Source: a virus. From it: 64,000 bases of DNA. Location of the stretch: the IMG/VR virus record IMGVR_UViG_3300034004_000005. One strand, 5' to 3'. The notes under the pieces were generated by a model. The model made no database searches. It worked only from the letters and a program-made list of their open reading frames with translations, and had not been told where the DNA came from. Shown here piece after piece: positions 14,815 through 21,525 of this stretch; the first letter of the stretch is position 1, and the number at the start of each line of letters is the position of its first letter. Made by a program: the position numbers and the translations under genes.

Positions 14815-15273
14815 ATGTTGAACTTCGCAAATCGTTTCGGTGATGCCGGTGCCGCTTCCTCGAACTCCGGTGCTCCCGCTGCTGGCCAGACCGGCACTCG
14901 CCGTGATCTCCCCAAGGCCAGCGTCTGGGTCAATCTTGGTGCCATCGTGACCGTGCTCGTGCAGGTCGAAGGCAGCGAAGAGACCCGTGAAGAGCAGCGT
15001 TTTATCCCGATCCCGGTCGGTATCCCGCTCGACACGATGGAGCCGATCACCATCAACACCCGCAACGTCGAATACGGCCAGTTCCAGTCGGCCCGCAACG
15101 ACGTGCTCGCTCAGCTCAAGGCAGCTGGTGAAAACCTGAAGCCGGGCGAAGAGAAGATCATCTGCTTCGACGGCAATACCGGCCTCGCCGTGCAGATGCG
15201 TCGTGTCAACGATGCCGCTCAGGTTCCTGCCGCCGACGAGTCTAACCCGTTCGCCGTCAAGCTCGCTCTCTGA
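14815..15273 (+). CDS. Early hypothetical protein (152 aa), insulated monocistronic unit
   Basis: ATG 14815 is preceded by GAACCAAGGAGA. The longer track ORF (14683) would begin inside the terminator/hairpin. A terminator plus hairpin lie upstream and double hairpins lie downstream. Confidence 0.65.
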   Translation: MLNFANRFGDAGAASSNSGAPAAGQTGTRRDLPKASVWVNLGAIVTVLVQVEGSEETREEQRFIPIPVGIPLDTMEPITINTRNVEYGQFQSARNDVLAQLKAAGENLKPGEEKIICFDGNTGLAVQMRRVNDAAQVPAADESNPFAVKLAL

Positions 15274-15288
15274 GCTATCGGCAACCAA

Positions 15289-15328
15289 CAGAGTGAGTTG
15301 AAAGGACCTCCTCCCTCAACTTACTCTG
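15289..15328 (+). promoter_or_regulatory. 13-bp stem / 14-nt C-rich loop
   Basis: CAGAGTGAGTTGA (15289-15301) pairs with TCAACTTACTCTG (15316-15328), with one G-T pair. The loop is AAGGACCTCCTCCC. Confidence 0.45.
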
Positions 15329-15332
15329 TATA

Positions 15333-15375
15333 GGCCCTCCATCTCAATGAGATGGGGGGCCTTCGGCCTTCTCTA
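15333..15375 (+). terminator. Hairpin terminator(s)
   Basis: 13-bp stem GGCCCTCCATCTC-AAT-GAGATGGGGGGCC, overlapping the alternative GGCC-TTCG-GGCC. Followed by TTCTCTATCG. Confidence 0.55.
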
Positions 15376-15463
15376 TCGATAGTCAACTGGCGATAAACCA
15401 AGTTGGCTGATTTCAAAAAATCGGCGATAGACACCCTGATAGATAAAGAAAGGATCAACACCC

Positions 15464-15679
15464 GTGCTTTTAGGCTTTCTGATCGGTCTCCTGATCGCTT
15501 CCGTTTACCTCCTCCTTCGCTCCAGCCAGCCTCTTGATATGGACCGTAATCTCACTGATCGATCCTACGAACACGTTGGGGCAACCAACCGGATCCTGGT
15601 CATCACTCGCATGATTGCGGTCACCCTCTTCCTGGCCACAGCTGGTGCCCTCATCGGAGAGGTCTCCAAGTTCTACTGA
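15464..15679 (+). CDS. Small membrane protein (71 aa)
   Basis: GTG start with AAAGGA upstream. Two hydrophobic helices: LLGFLIGLLIASVYLLL and VTLFLATAGALIG. Confidence 0.5.
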   Translation: MLLGFLIGLLIASVYLLLRSSQPLDMDRNLTDRSYEHVGATNRILVITRMIAVTLFLATAGALIGEVSKFY

Positions 15680-15707
15680 GCCCAACCTCAGCAGAGTGAG
15701 CTCCTAC

Positions 15708-15722
15708 CGCCGCTACGCGGCG
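15708..15722 (+). promoter_or_regulatory. CGCCGC-TAC-GCGGCG hairpin (candidate vRNAP promoter), copy 2
   Basis: 15-mer identical to 14761-14775, lying 35 nt before ATG 15757. GCTCC lies upstream of both copies. Confidence 0.45.
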
Positions 15723-15756
15723 TGGGGGCTTTTCTGTCCCCTGGAGGAGATCTCTT

Positions 15757-16275
15757 ATGCTCACGTACGCAGGTGTAGGTTCACGCAAGACGCCTCTTGA
15801 TGTCCTCGGTATGATGAGCCTGGCTGGACGTCAGCTGTCTGAAATGGGCTGGATGCTTCGCTCTGGAGGTGCCCTCGGTGCCGACAGTGCTTTCGCTTCA
15901 GGCACACTGAAGAGAGAAGTTCATCTGCCCTGGAATGGGTACAATAGATTCTATGTGAGTAAGCACCCTGGAGCTATCGTGCCCGATATCACGCCGGAGA
16001 TCGAAGCTATTGCGAGAGATCACCATCCGGCCTGGAACACGATGACAGATATGGTTCGACGCTTCATGTATCGAAACGTAACGATCATCCTCGGACAGCA
16101 TCTCAATGACTATGCCAACATGGTCATGTGCTGGACGCCAAACGGGTATGTCACTGGAGGAACTGGCCACGGTCTCCGTGTAGCCAAGACCTTCAACATC
16201 CCTGTCTTCAATCTCGCAATCGAAGCTGACGTCGAAAGAGTCGGCTCTTTTGCCAACGACCTGAGCTCCCGATGA
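15757..16275 (+). CDS. SLOG/DprA-LOG-like Rossmann-fold protein (172 aa)
   Basis: YAGVGSRKTP...LRSGGALGADSAFASG near the N-terminus and TGGTGHGLRVAKTFNIPVFNL near the C-terminus. These resemble the two glycine-rich nucleotide-binding motifs of the SMF/DprA-LOG superfamily. GGAGGAG SD. Confidence 0.55.
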   Translation: MLTYAGVGSRKTPLDVLGMMSLAGRQLSEMGWMLRSGGALGADSAFASGTLKREVHLPWNGYNRFYVSKHPGAIVPDITPEIEAIARDHHPAWNTMTDMVRRFMYRNVTIILGQHLNDYANMVMCWTPNGYVTGGTGHGLRVAKTFNIPVFNLAIEADVERVGSFANDLSSR

Positions 16276-16613
16276 CCATCAACAAATGGATCGACTACGA
16301 CTTCACCGAACATGAAGTTCGGATGATCATGGGAGATCCTGTCGCTACCGCCTGGGAATGGCTCGTCAAATATAGCGAGACAATCTCAGGCACTCATTGG
16401 TCAAGGAAGGTGAAACCAGAAGCCCTGGTCGAAACTGCTCTCAACAATCTCAACAAAAACGGGAATATATTCTCTTTCGGTGCCGACCGAGTGCCTCTGG
16501 TACTTGGAGCAAACACCAATGAACTCGATCCTCGATTCTGGGATGAGCTCGAAAAGTTCACCCAGACCAAAATTTCGCAGGGCAAACGAATAGGATTTCT
16601 CTATGCCCATTGA
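16272..16613 (+). CDS. Early hypothetical protein (113 aa)
   Basis: ATGA overlap with the upstream gene. No motif recognised. Confidence 0.6.
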   Translation: MTINKWIDYDFTEHEVRMIMGDPVATAWEWLVKYSETISGTHWSRKVKPEALVETALNNLNKNGNIFSFGADRVPLVLGANTNELDPRFWDELEKFTQTKISQGKRIGFLYAH

Positions 16614-16815
16614 ACTCAAATCTGTCGAAGAGCTCTCTGCTCGATTTGTCCAGCTCGTACGTATGTCAGCAGAAGATTTCTGCGGTCATGAAGATGAGCT
16701 CGCCGAAATCAACGGAGAACTCTGGGACACATTCGGTAACGAAGCTCCCATCCACATCGAGAGGGCCCGAGAAGCCTACTCTTTACTAGGAGGTGATCGT
16801 GTCGCTCGAAGATGA
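16603..16815 (+). CDS. Small acidic protein, paralogue 1 of a tandem trio (70 aa)
   Basis: Ends ...IERAREAYSLLGGD.... It overlaps its neighbours by a few codons. Confidence 0.5.
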   Translation: MPIELKSVEELSARFVQLVRMSAEDFCGHEDELAEINGELWDTFGNEAPIHIERAREAYSLLGGDRVARR

Positions 16816-17011
16816 ACCCATCGAACAAGTCGCAGCTCGCCTGGTGCTGATGACGCAAAACCCAAGGGGCAAACGTCTCATCATCCAGGCAATCAGAGCT
16901 CACCTTGAAGCCCGAGCTGGAGAAAATGCTTTCAAACTGATCCAGGATGCAGAGCATTCTCTCCAGCTTCTCAGCCCTGGACCAATCGTTCAGAGCAACC
17001 CTCATGCCTAG
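16799..17011 (+). CDS. Small protein, paralogue 2 (70 aa)
   Basis: GTG 16799 lies 5 nt after the TAGGAGG SD. The C-terminus reads ...IQDAEHSLQLLSPGP... Confidence 0.5.
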   Translation: MSLEDEPIEQVAARLVLMTQNPRGKRLIIQAIRAHLEARAGENAFKLIQDAEHSLQLLSPGPIVQSNPHA

Positions 17012-17216
17012 AGACATGCAAATAGTCGCAGCTGAGCTCGTCATCCTTCAGACGTCGAGACCAATCGTGACTAAAGATCCAGTCGGCTACAAAGACCACA
17101 TGCACCAAGAGTATCTCCTCTATGAGGAGATGCTCCGTCGCTGTGGAACAGACGCCACTATCGAATACATAGCTCAGGCTAAGAGCACACTTCAGCTGCT
17201 CAGCCCAACCCGATAA
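17004..17216 (+). CDS. Small protein, paralogue 3 (70 aa)
   Basis: ATG 17004. The C-terminus ...IAQAKSTLQLLSPTR shares the (A)..(S)LQLLSP ending with 16799..17011. Confidence 0.5.
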   Translation: MPRDMQIVAAELVILQTSRPIVTKDPVGYKDHMHQEYLLYEEMLRRCGTDATIEYIAQAKSTLQLLSPTR

Positions 17217-17228
17217 CACCTGCTCGCC

Positions 17229-17252
17229 CGAAAATCGCTGGCGCGATTTTCG
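17229..17252 (+). terminator. Hairpin, weak terminator
   Basis: CGAAAATCGC-TGGC-GCGATTTTCG (10 bp) followed by TTCTCGCG. Confidence 0.45.
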
Positions 17253-17278
17253 TTCTCGCGTTCCTCAAGGAGAAGCAA

Positions 17279-17629
17279 ATGATTGATGGTCAACCCACGG
17301 ACGACGTGCCGCACGACTTCGTGCCAACTCGTGCAACGAGCATAGCTAAAGGGGTAACCCTTTGGACCAAGAACGGACAGACTGTCGGCAACGCCATTGT
17401 CGTGCGTCGAAACGGTAATACGAGTTTAGTGCCGGGTATTACCCGGGACTTCATTCCCTTGTGGATGGTCGAAACTGATTTCGGGAATGTGATCCCTCGC
17501 ATGACCGAACAAGAGATTCATGACTGGTGGGAGCTCGGTAACGTCAGCTCCTACGATGCCTGGTGGGATGCCAGGTTCCAGCTCATTCGAAAGGCTCTTG
17601 AAGATGACGCTCGTCCCCAACCAGGCTGA
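17279..17629 (+). CDS. Early hypothetical protein (116 aa)
   Basis: AAGGAGAAG SD. No motif recognised. Confidence 0.65.
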   Translation: MIDGQPTDDVPHDFVPTRATSIAKGVTLWTKNGQTVGNAIVVRRNGNTSLVPGITRDFIPLWMVETDFGNVIPRMTEQEIHDWWELGNVSSYDAWWDARFQLIRKALEDDARPQPG

Positions 17630-17834
17630 GAAGCAACGCCTCCTCGCTATCCATGAAGCTCGGCTTCGTGCCCACTGGGGCAAGAAGTACGATGTGAGCA
17701 AGGCACCGTGGCCGAAGAGCGACGCCGATTGGCGTCAGGTTGGTCATGGTGCTCCATTTGACACCAACGTCATCATGGCTCGCTGGCATCTCGACTTCGT
17801 TCGCACTCTTCAAAAGGAAGGACTGCTCGAATGA
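17604..17834 (+). CDS. Early hypothetical protein (76 aa)
   Basis: I prefer the internal ATG 17604 over the track start 17520, which would overlap the previous gene by 110 nt. The SD is weak. Confidence 0.4.
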   Translation: MTLVPNQAEKQRLLAIHEARLRAHWGKKYDVSKAPWPKSDADWRQVGHGAPFDTNVIMARWHLDFVRTLQKEGLLE

Positions 17835-18133
17835 GCAAATACGAACGCCAACCCGTTGACGTCGCTTCTCTCCAAGAGGGCGACGTCTTTGAGCTGCCAA
17901 AGCAACCAGGCAGCGTCTGCAAGGTCAGCTACCACAATCTCCGCGAGGAGGAAAATGGTCAGCAGATCGGGATCATCGGCTATTCTATCCTGGAGGGTAA
18001 CCTCCATTGGCCGGTGATCTACCTTCCGCCCAACTTCCAGATCATGCTGCTCCTGCCGACCACAACCCACGTCCACCTTTCAGGTAAGGACTGGGTGCAA
18101 GGTCTCACCGAACATCATGGGGTCAAAAGCTGA
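17831..18133 (+). CDS. Early hypothetical protein (100 aa)
   Basis: ATGA overlap with the upstream gene. Confidence 0.6.
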   Translation: MSKYERQPVDVASLQEGDVFELPKQPGSVCKVSYHNLREEENGQQIGIIGYSILEGNLHWPVIYLPPNFQIMLLLPTTTHVHLSGKDWVQGLTEHHGVKS

Positions 18134-18372
18134 TGCAGCATCCAGCTGACAGCTTTCTCGAAGTCCTGACCAATACCGTGATCGCATTTGTGATCTCAGT
18201 AGCAGCCTGGGGCTGGGTCATTGGACCCGTATTCGGGATCAAAACCAACTTCGGTCAAGATATCGGCATCGTCGGCCTCTTCACCGTCATCTCAATCATC
18301 AGGCAGTACATCCTGCGTCGACTGTTTAACGGTCGCTCGCCGTACGCCTATTTCAAGGAGCGTCTATCATGA
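18133..18372 (+). CDS. Small membrane protein (79 aa)
   Basis: TGATG junction. Hydrophobic helices are VIAFVISVAAWGWVIGPVFGI and IGIVGLFTVISII. Confidence 0.6.
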   Translation: MQHPADSFLEVLTNTVIAFVISVAAWGWVIGPVFGIKTNFGQDIGIVGLFTVISIIRQYILRRLFNGRSPYAYFKERLS

Positions 18373-18698
18373 TTTTCGTCTTCGGCTCAAATGAAGCCGG
18401 TGTCCACGGTGCAGGTGCAGCTCTGTATGCTGTAATGCAGGGAGCAACCCGTGGAATGGGCTTTGGTCCATCCGGAAACACCTTTGCCATTCCCACCAAG
18501 GACTGGCGAATCGAGACGCTGCCTCTGGCGGCTATCGAAGCCTACGTCCAACGCTTCATCGTCTATGCTCGATTCAACCCGAAGCATATCTTCCAGGTGA
18601 CCCGCATTGGATGTGGTCTTGCTGGGTTTCCAGATGGAGCAATCGCTCCGCTCTTCAAATATGCTCCAGACAACTGTTGCTTTGATTCGGAGTGGTAG
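18369..18698 (+). CDS. Small nucleotide-binding-like protein (109 aa), macro/LOG-like glycine motifs
   Basis: IFVFGSNEAGVHGAGAALYA and TRIGCGLAGFP resemble the two Gly-rich loops of macro-domain or LOG-type folds. This belongs to a recurrent phage family (FGSN..G.HG.GAA). ATGA overlap with the upstream gene. Confidence 0.45.
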   Translation: MIFVFGSNEAGVHGAGAALYAVMQGATRGMGFGPSGNTFAIPTKDWRIETLPLAAIEAYVQRFIVYARFNPKHIFQVTRIGCGLAGFPDGAIAPLFKYAPDNCCFDSEW

Positions 18699-18745
18699 GA
18701 AGACCTTCCTAAGAAGAAGTTCTGGGGCACCTACTAGGAGGTCAA

Positions 18746-18940
18746 ATGACCATCGAGAACATGGAGAACACTGTGAGCTATGCTGTCATAGCTCCCAGTG
18801 GCCGCACCGTCATGACTTTCGCTCATGTCGAATCAGCTCGAAAACATCTTGAGCGAAATCGACTTCCCAATCGCATCGTGGAAATCACGACCAGCTTCAA
18901 GGACGTCACCAATGCAACAGCAGGCCAACTCTCTCTTTGA
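18746..18940 (+). CDS. Early hypothetical protein (64 aa)
   Basis: Strong AGGAGG SD 6 nt before the ATG. Confidence 0.6.
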   Translation: MTIENMENTVSYAVIAPSGRTVMTFAHVESARKHLERNRLPNRIVEITTSFKDVTNATAGQLSL

Positions 18941-19742
18941 GCACCAGCTGAAGCTGGAGAAGCTCTACGACAAGAACCAAGCAGTAAAACGTATCCACCA
19001 CGAGTTCACCAGCTCGGAGATCGACTTCGAAGGCTTCTTCCTGGAACACAACGTCGACGTCGACTTCGGTTATGATCTCCTGACTCAGATGGTCCTGCAC
19101 AAGCGTGCGACCTTGCCTACCCTGGTGGGCATTTTGAGGAAGCATTTCTCGGGGCCCACGGCCTCGCAGAAAGCAGCTGACATGCTTCAGCTATGTGCAG
19201 CTCTGGATCTGGTCGACTGGTCTCCAACCACCGAACAGTTCGTCATCCGGATCAACATCACCGATGATGTCCAGGCTGACATCGACCGCTTCCAATACCC
19301 TCTGCCAATGGTCATTCGACCGAGGCACGTCCGTAACAACCGGGACACAGGCTACCTGCTGACCCGCAACTCGATCATCCTCAAGAAGAACTATCACGAG
19401 GACGATGTGTGTCTCGACCACATCAACCGAGTGAACAGGATCCGATTCGAGATCAACTTCGACACCGCGAGCATGATCGCCAATCGCTGGCGTAACCTCG
19501 ACAAACCAAAGGAAGGAGAGACCAAACAAGACTTCGACAAGCGCGTGAGAGCTTTCGAGAAATACGACCGCACAGCCAAGGAAGTCATTACCCAGCTACT
19601 CGCCCACGGCAACAGCTTCTTCCTAACCCACAAATATGACAAACGCGGTCGTGTTTACTGCCAGGGCTATCACGTCAACTACCAGGGTGCTCCCTGGAAC
19701 AAAGCTGTGATTGAACTCGCAGATAAGGAACTCGTCGAATGA
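18912..19742 (+). CDS. T7-like RNA polymerase II, small (N-terminal) subunit (N4 gp15 analogue)
   Basis: NSLFEHQLKLEKLY parallels T7 RNAP EQLALEHESYEMG. The T/DxxGR motif YDKRGRVYCQGYHVNYQGAPWNKA parallels T7 DWRGRVYAVSMFNPQGNDMTKG. The start is taken at ATG 18912, because track start 18825 would overlap the 18746..18940 gene by 116 nt. Confidence 0.85.
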   Translation: MQQQANSLFEHQLKLEKLYDKNQAVKRIHHEFTSSEIDFEGFFLEHNVDVDFGYDLLTQMVLHKRATLPTLVGILRKHFSGPTASQKAADMLQLCAALDLVDWSPTTEQFVIRINITDDVQADIDRFQYPLPMVIRPRHVRNNRDTGYLLTRNSIILKKNYHEDDVCLDHINRVNRIRFEINFDTASMIANRWRNLDKPKEGETKQDFDKRVRAFEKYDRTAKEVITQLLAHGNSFFLTHKYDKRGRVYCQGYHVNYQGAPWNKAVIELADKELVE

Positions 19743-19951
19743 ACCCCGACTTCATCAAGCTCACGTCAAGTCGTGACACGCCGCTTTTCGTACGTAAGTC
19801 AGCAGTCCTCGTGGCTGAAGGCTTCGATTTTTCTGAAGGAATGTACGCGAATCACACAGGTTCGCGTCTCACTCTTCGAGCCGGACAGTGGACTGAAACA
19901 ATCTACTGCATCGAGACTTCTGAAGTTGTTATTCGGATGTTGGAATCATGA
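19739..19951 (+). CDS. Hypothetical protein (70 aa)
   Basis: ATGA overlap with the upstream gene. Confidence 0.55.
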   Translation: MNPDFIKLTSSRDTPLFVRKSAVLVAEGFDFSEGMYANHTGSRLTLRAGQWTETIYCIETSEVVIRMLES

Positions 19952-20130
19952 CCATCCAACGAGAGCACCGCAATGGACCATTCGTGGTTCAATGCGACGA
20001 GTGCCAGGACACTGAAGAGCTCGAAGGATACGAGTTCCCGGAAGCCCTGGCTGACGCTAAAGCCCGAGGTTTCGTCCCCCGTAAGGTGGGCGATACCTGG
20101 GTTCATCTTTGCAGGAGCTGTAAAACATGA
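19948..20130 (+). CDS. Small zinc-ribbon-like protein (60 aa)
   Basis: Paired CxxC motifs (CDECQ ... CRSCK); ATGA overlap. Confidence 0.55.
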   Translation: MTIQREHRNGPFVVQCDECQDTEELEGYEFPEALADAKARGFVPRKVGDTWVHLCRSCKT

Positions 20131-20399
20131 CTCAGGATCTCAAGTACGAAACCGGCATGATCATCAATCGTGCCTCAGGTGAAGCCATCCCTGATGACGA
20201 GCCTGTCTTCATCTTTCGGGCCCGAGATCTCTACGCCCGGGGCGTCCTTCAATTCTACAAAATGTGCGTGCTTGGCGACGATCACGAACAAGCTGTTCAG
20301 CTCAGCATTGACCGGTTTAACAAGTTCCGTCAGGATCACCCAGATCGGATGAAAATGCCGACGACGGATCTCAGCTCACTGGTTCCGCCGACTCTGTAG
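20127..20399 (+). CDS. Hypothetical protein (90 aa)
   Basis: ATGA overlap with the upstream gene. No motif recognised. Confidence 0.6.
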   Translation: MTQDLKYETGMIINRASGEAIPDDEPVFIFRARDLYARGVLQFYKMCVLGDDHEQAVQLSIDRFNKFRQDHPDRMKMPTTDLSSLVPPTL

Positions 20400-20409
20400 G
20401 GGGAGTATC

Positions 20410-20565
20410 ATGGGGATGATGACGCCTGTCGGCCATGCGGTCGGTGTGATCATGTTGGGGAACACACACAAGGTCACTGATATTCCAGTTAGACCTGTGT
20501 ATATCGGTCCAATGCCTGGAGTAATCCAGGCTCGTAACTTGGAACGAGTCAAACCAATAGACTGA
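20410..20565 (+). CDS. 51-aa hypothetical protein, below track cutoff
   Basis: GGGGGAG SD before ATG 20410. Sequence begins MGMMTPVGHAVGVIMLGNTHKVTDIPVRPVYIGPMPGV... I prefer it over the antisense ORF 20376..20579 because of operon direction and the SD. Confidence 0.4.
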   Translation: MGMMTPVGHAVGVIMLGNTHKVTDIPVRPVYIGPMPGVIQARNLERVKPID

Positions 20566-20585
20566 GCTTTACTGCTCAATCGTGA

Positions 20586-20613
20586 AGGCCCGGTCGAAAG
20601 ACTGGGCCTTTTT
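20586..20613 (+). terminator. Rho-independent terminator
   Basis: AGGCCCGGTC-GAAA-GACTGGGCCT (10 bp, one G-T pair, GNRA loop) followed by TTTTT. Confidence 0.8.
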
Positions 20614-20639
20614 CATATCTGAACCAAGGAGAGAGATCG

Positions 20640-21029
20640 ATGGCCCAGATCATCTGGTACGCCATCCGGCATATTCCGACCGGTCGACTGCTCCCAGCTC
20701 CACCGGTTAAACAACGTAGTGGTCAGACACATACCACATTCGACTGTGCTGCTTACATGCCACCCAGGCTCTTTCCTACCAAGGAAGGTGCCAATGTCGC
20801 CATGAAGCTTTGGCTTCGAGGAGATTGGACATCTGCTCGCCAATCACCGCAAATACCTGTTCCAAACTTGTTGGCCAGTGTGCTCAATAAACCTCGTCGT
20901 ATCAATCGACGTCAGCAAGTTGTCTTCACCAATTCACGAGCTCACATGCACGATCTCGTAGAGGTCGTACCTGTAGAAGTCGTGGTTCAACCTATCATTC
21001 GTCCCGTCATCGAGGACGACGAAATCTAG
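20640..21029 (+). CDS. Hypothetical protein (129 aa)
   Basis: GAACCAAGGAGA leader directly after the terminator. Confidence 0.65.
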   Translation: MAQIIWYAIRHIPTGRLLPAPPVKQRSGQTHTTFDCAAYMPPRLFPTKEGANVAMKLWLRGDWTSARQSPQIPVPNLLASVLNKPRRINRRQQVVFTNSRAHMHDLVEVVPVEVVVQPIIRPVIEDDEI

Positions 21030-21039
21030 GAGATCCTTG

Positions 21040-21525
21040 ATGCCAGCCTGGCACAGAACTGCTGAGTACAAACTCATTTATGAGTTTTATCGAGGTCAGA
21101 GAGCTCAGCGTTCTGGGCTACCCTTGATCAATCACATCAAAGAAGGTGTCGATCTACTTCATAACTGGAATCGTCCAGAAATCGAAGTCCGAGCCTTCTG
21201 TCTGCATCCATTAGTTCAGAACAATCTATTCCTTGCAGATCCGAAACTCTTCGAAAGCTATCCTTTAGCTGTCGAATATGCACAAAAAGCTAATGCTTAT
21301 CTCTACAAACCAGAGAACGATCTGTGGGACGATCCTTCATCAGTCTCGCATCGTCTTGGAGATATGAGCATCGGCTGTGCCTGGATGCTTCTTGCCGACA
21401 AGGTTCAAAATCAAAAGGATTTCAGGATCCACCATTGGTTTTCACACCCACGTCGGCATCAACTCGAACATTACTTCAACCTCTGGATCGAAACTCTTCG
21501 AGCCTATTACTTGGGAGACATCTAA
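21040..21525 (+). CDS. Hypothetical protein with degenerate HD-like motif (161 aa)
   Basis: ATG 21040 lies 6 nt after TAGGAGA. PLINHIKEGVDLLHNW...VRAFCLHPLVQN resembles the H...(H/D) helices of HD-superfamily hydrolases, but reads HP instead of HD. Confidence 0.55.
   Translation: MPAWHRTAEYKLIYEFYRGQRAQRSGLPLINHIKEGVDLLHNWNRPEIEVRAFCLHPLVQNNLFLADPKLFESYPLAVEYAQKANAYLYKPENDLWDDPSSVSHRLGDMSIGCAWMLLADKVQNQKDFRIHHWFSHPRRHQLEHYFNLWIETLRAYYLGDI

Noticed and set aside
20376-20579. Reverse-strand ORF of 67 aa in the gap before the 20586 terminator
   Set aside because: It runs against the operon direction with no SD. The same gap holds a + strand 51-aa ORF that has a GGGGGAG SD.
21324-21524. N-terminal extensions offered by the ORF track (21324 for the RNAP II large subunit, 46649 for the 161-aa protein, 14683 for the 152-aa protein, 41549 for the nuclease, 42538 for the primase, 29097 for ThyX, 18825 for the RNAP II small subunit)
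   Set aside because: Each extension overlaps the upstream gene or a terminator/hairpin and has aberrant composition. Each is superseded by an internal start with a good SD or an ATGA/TAATG coupling junction.
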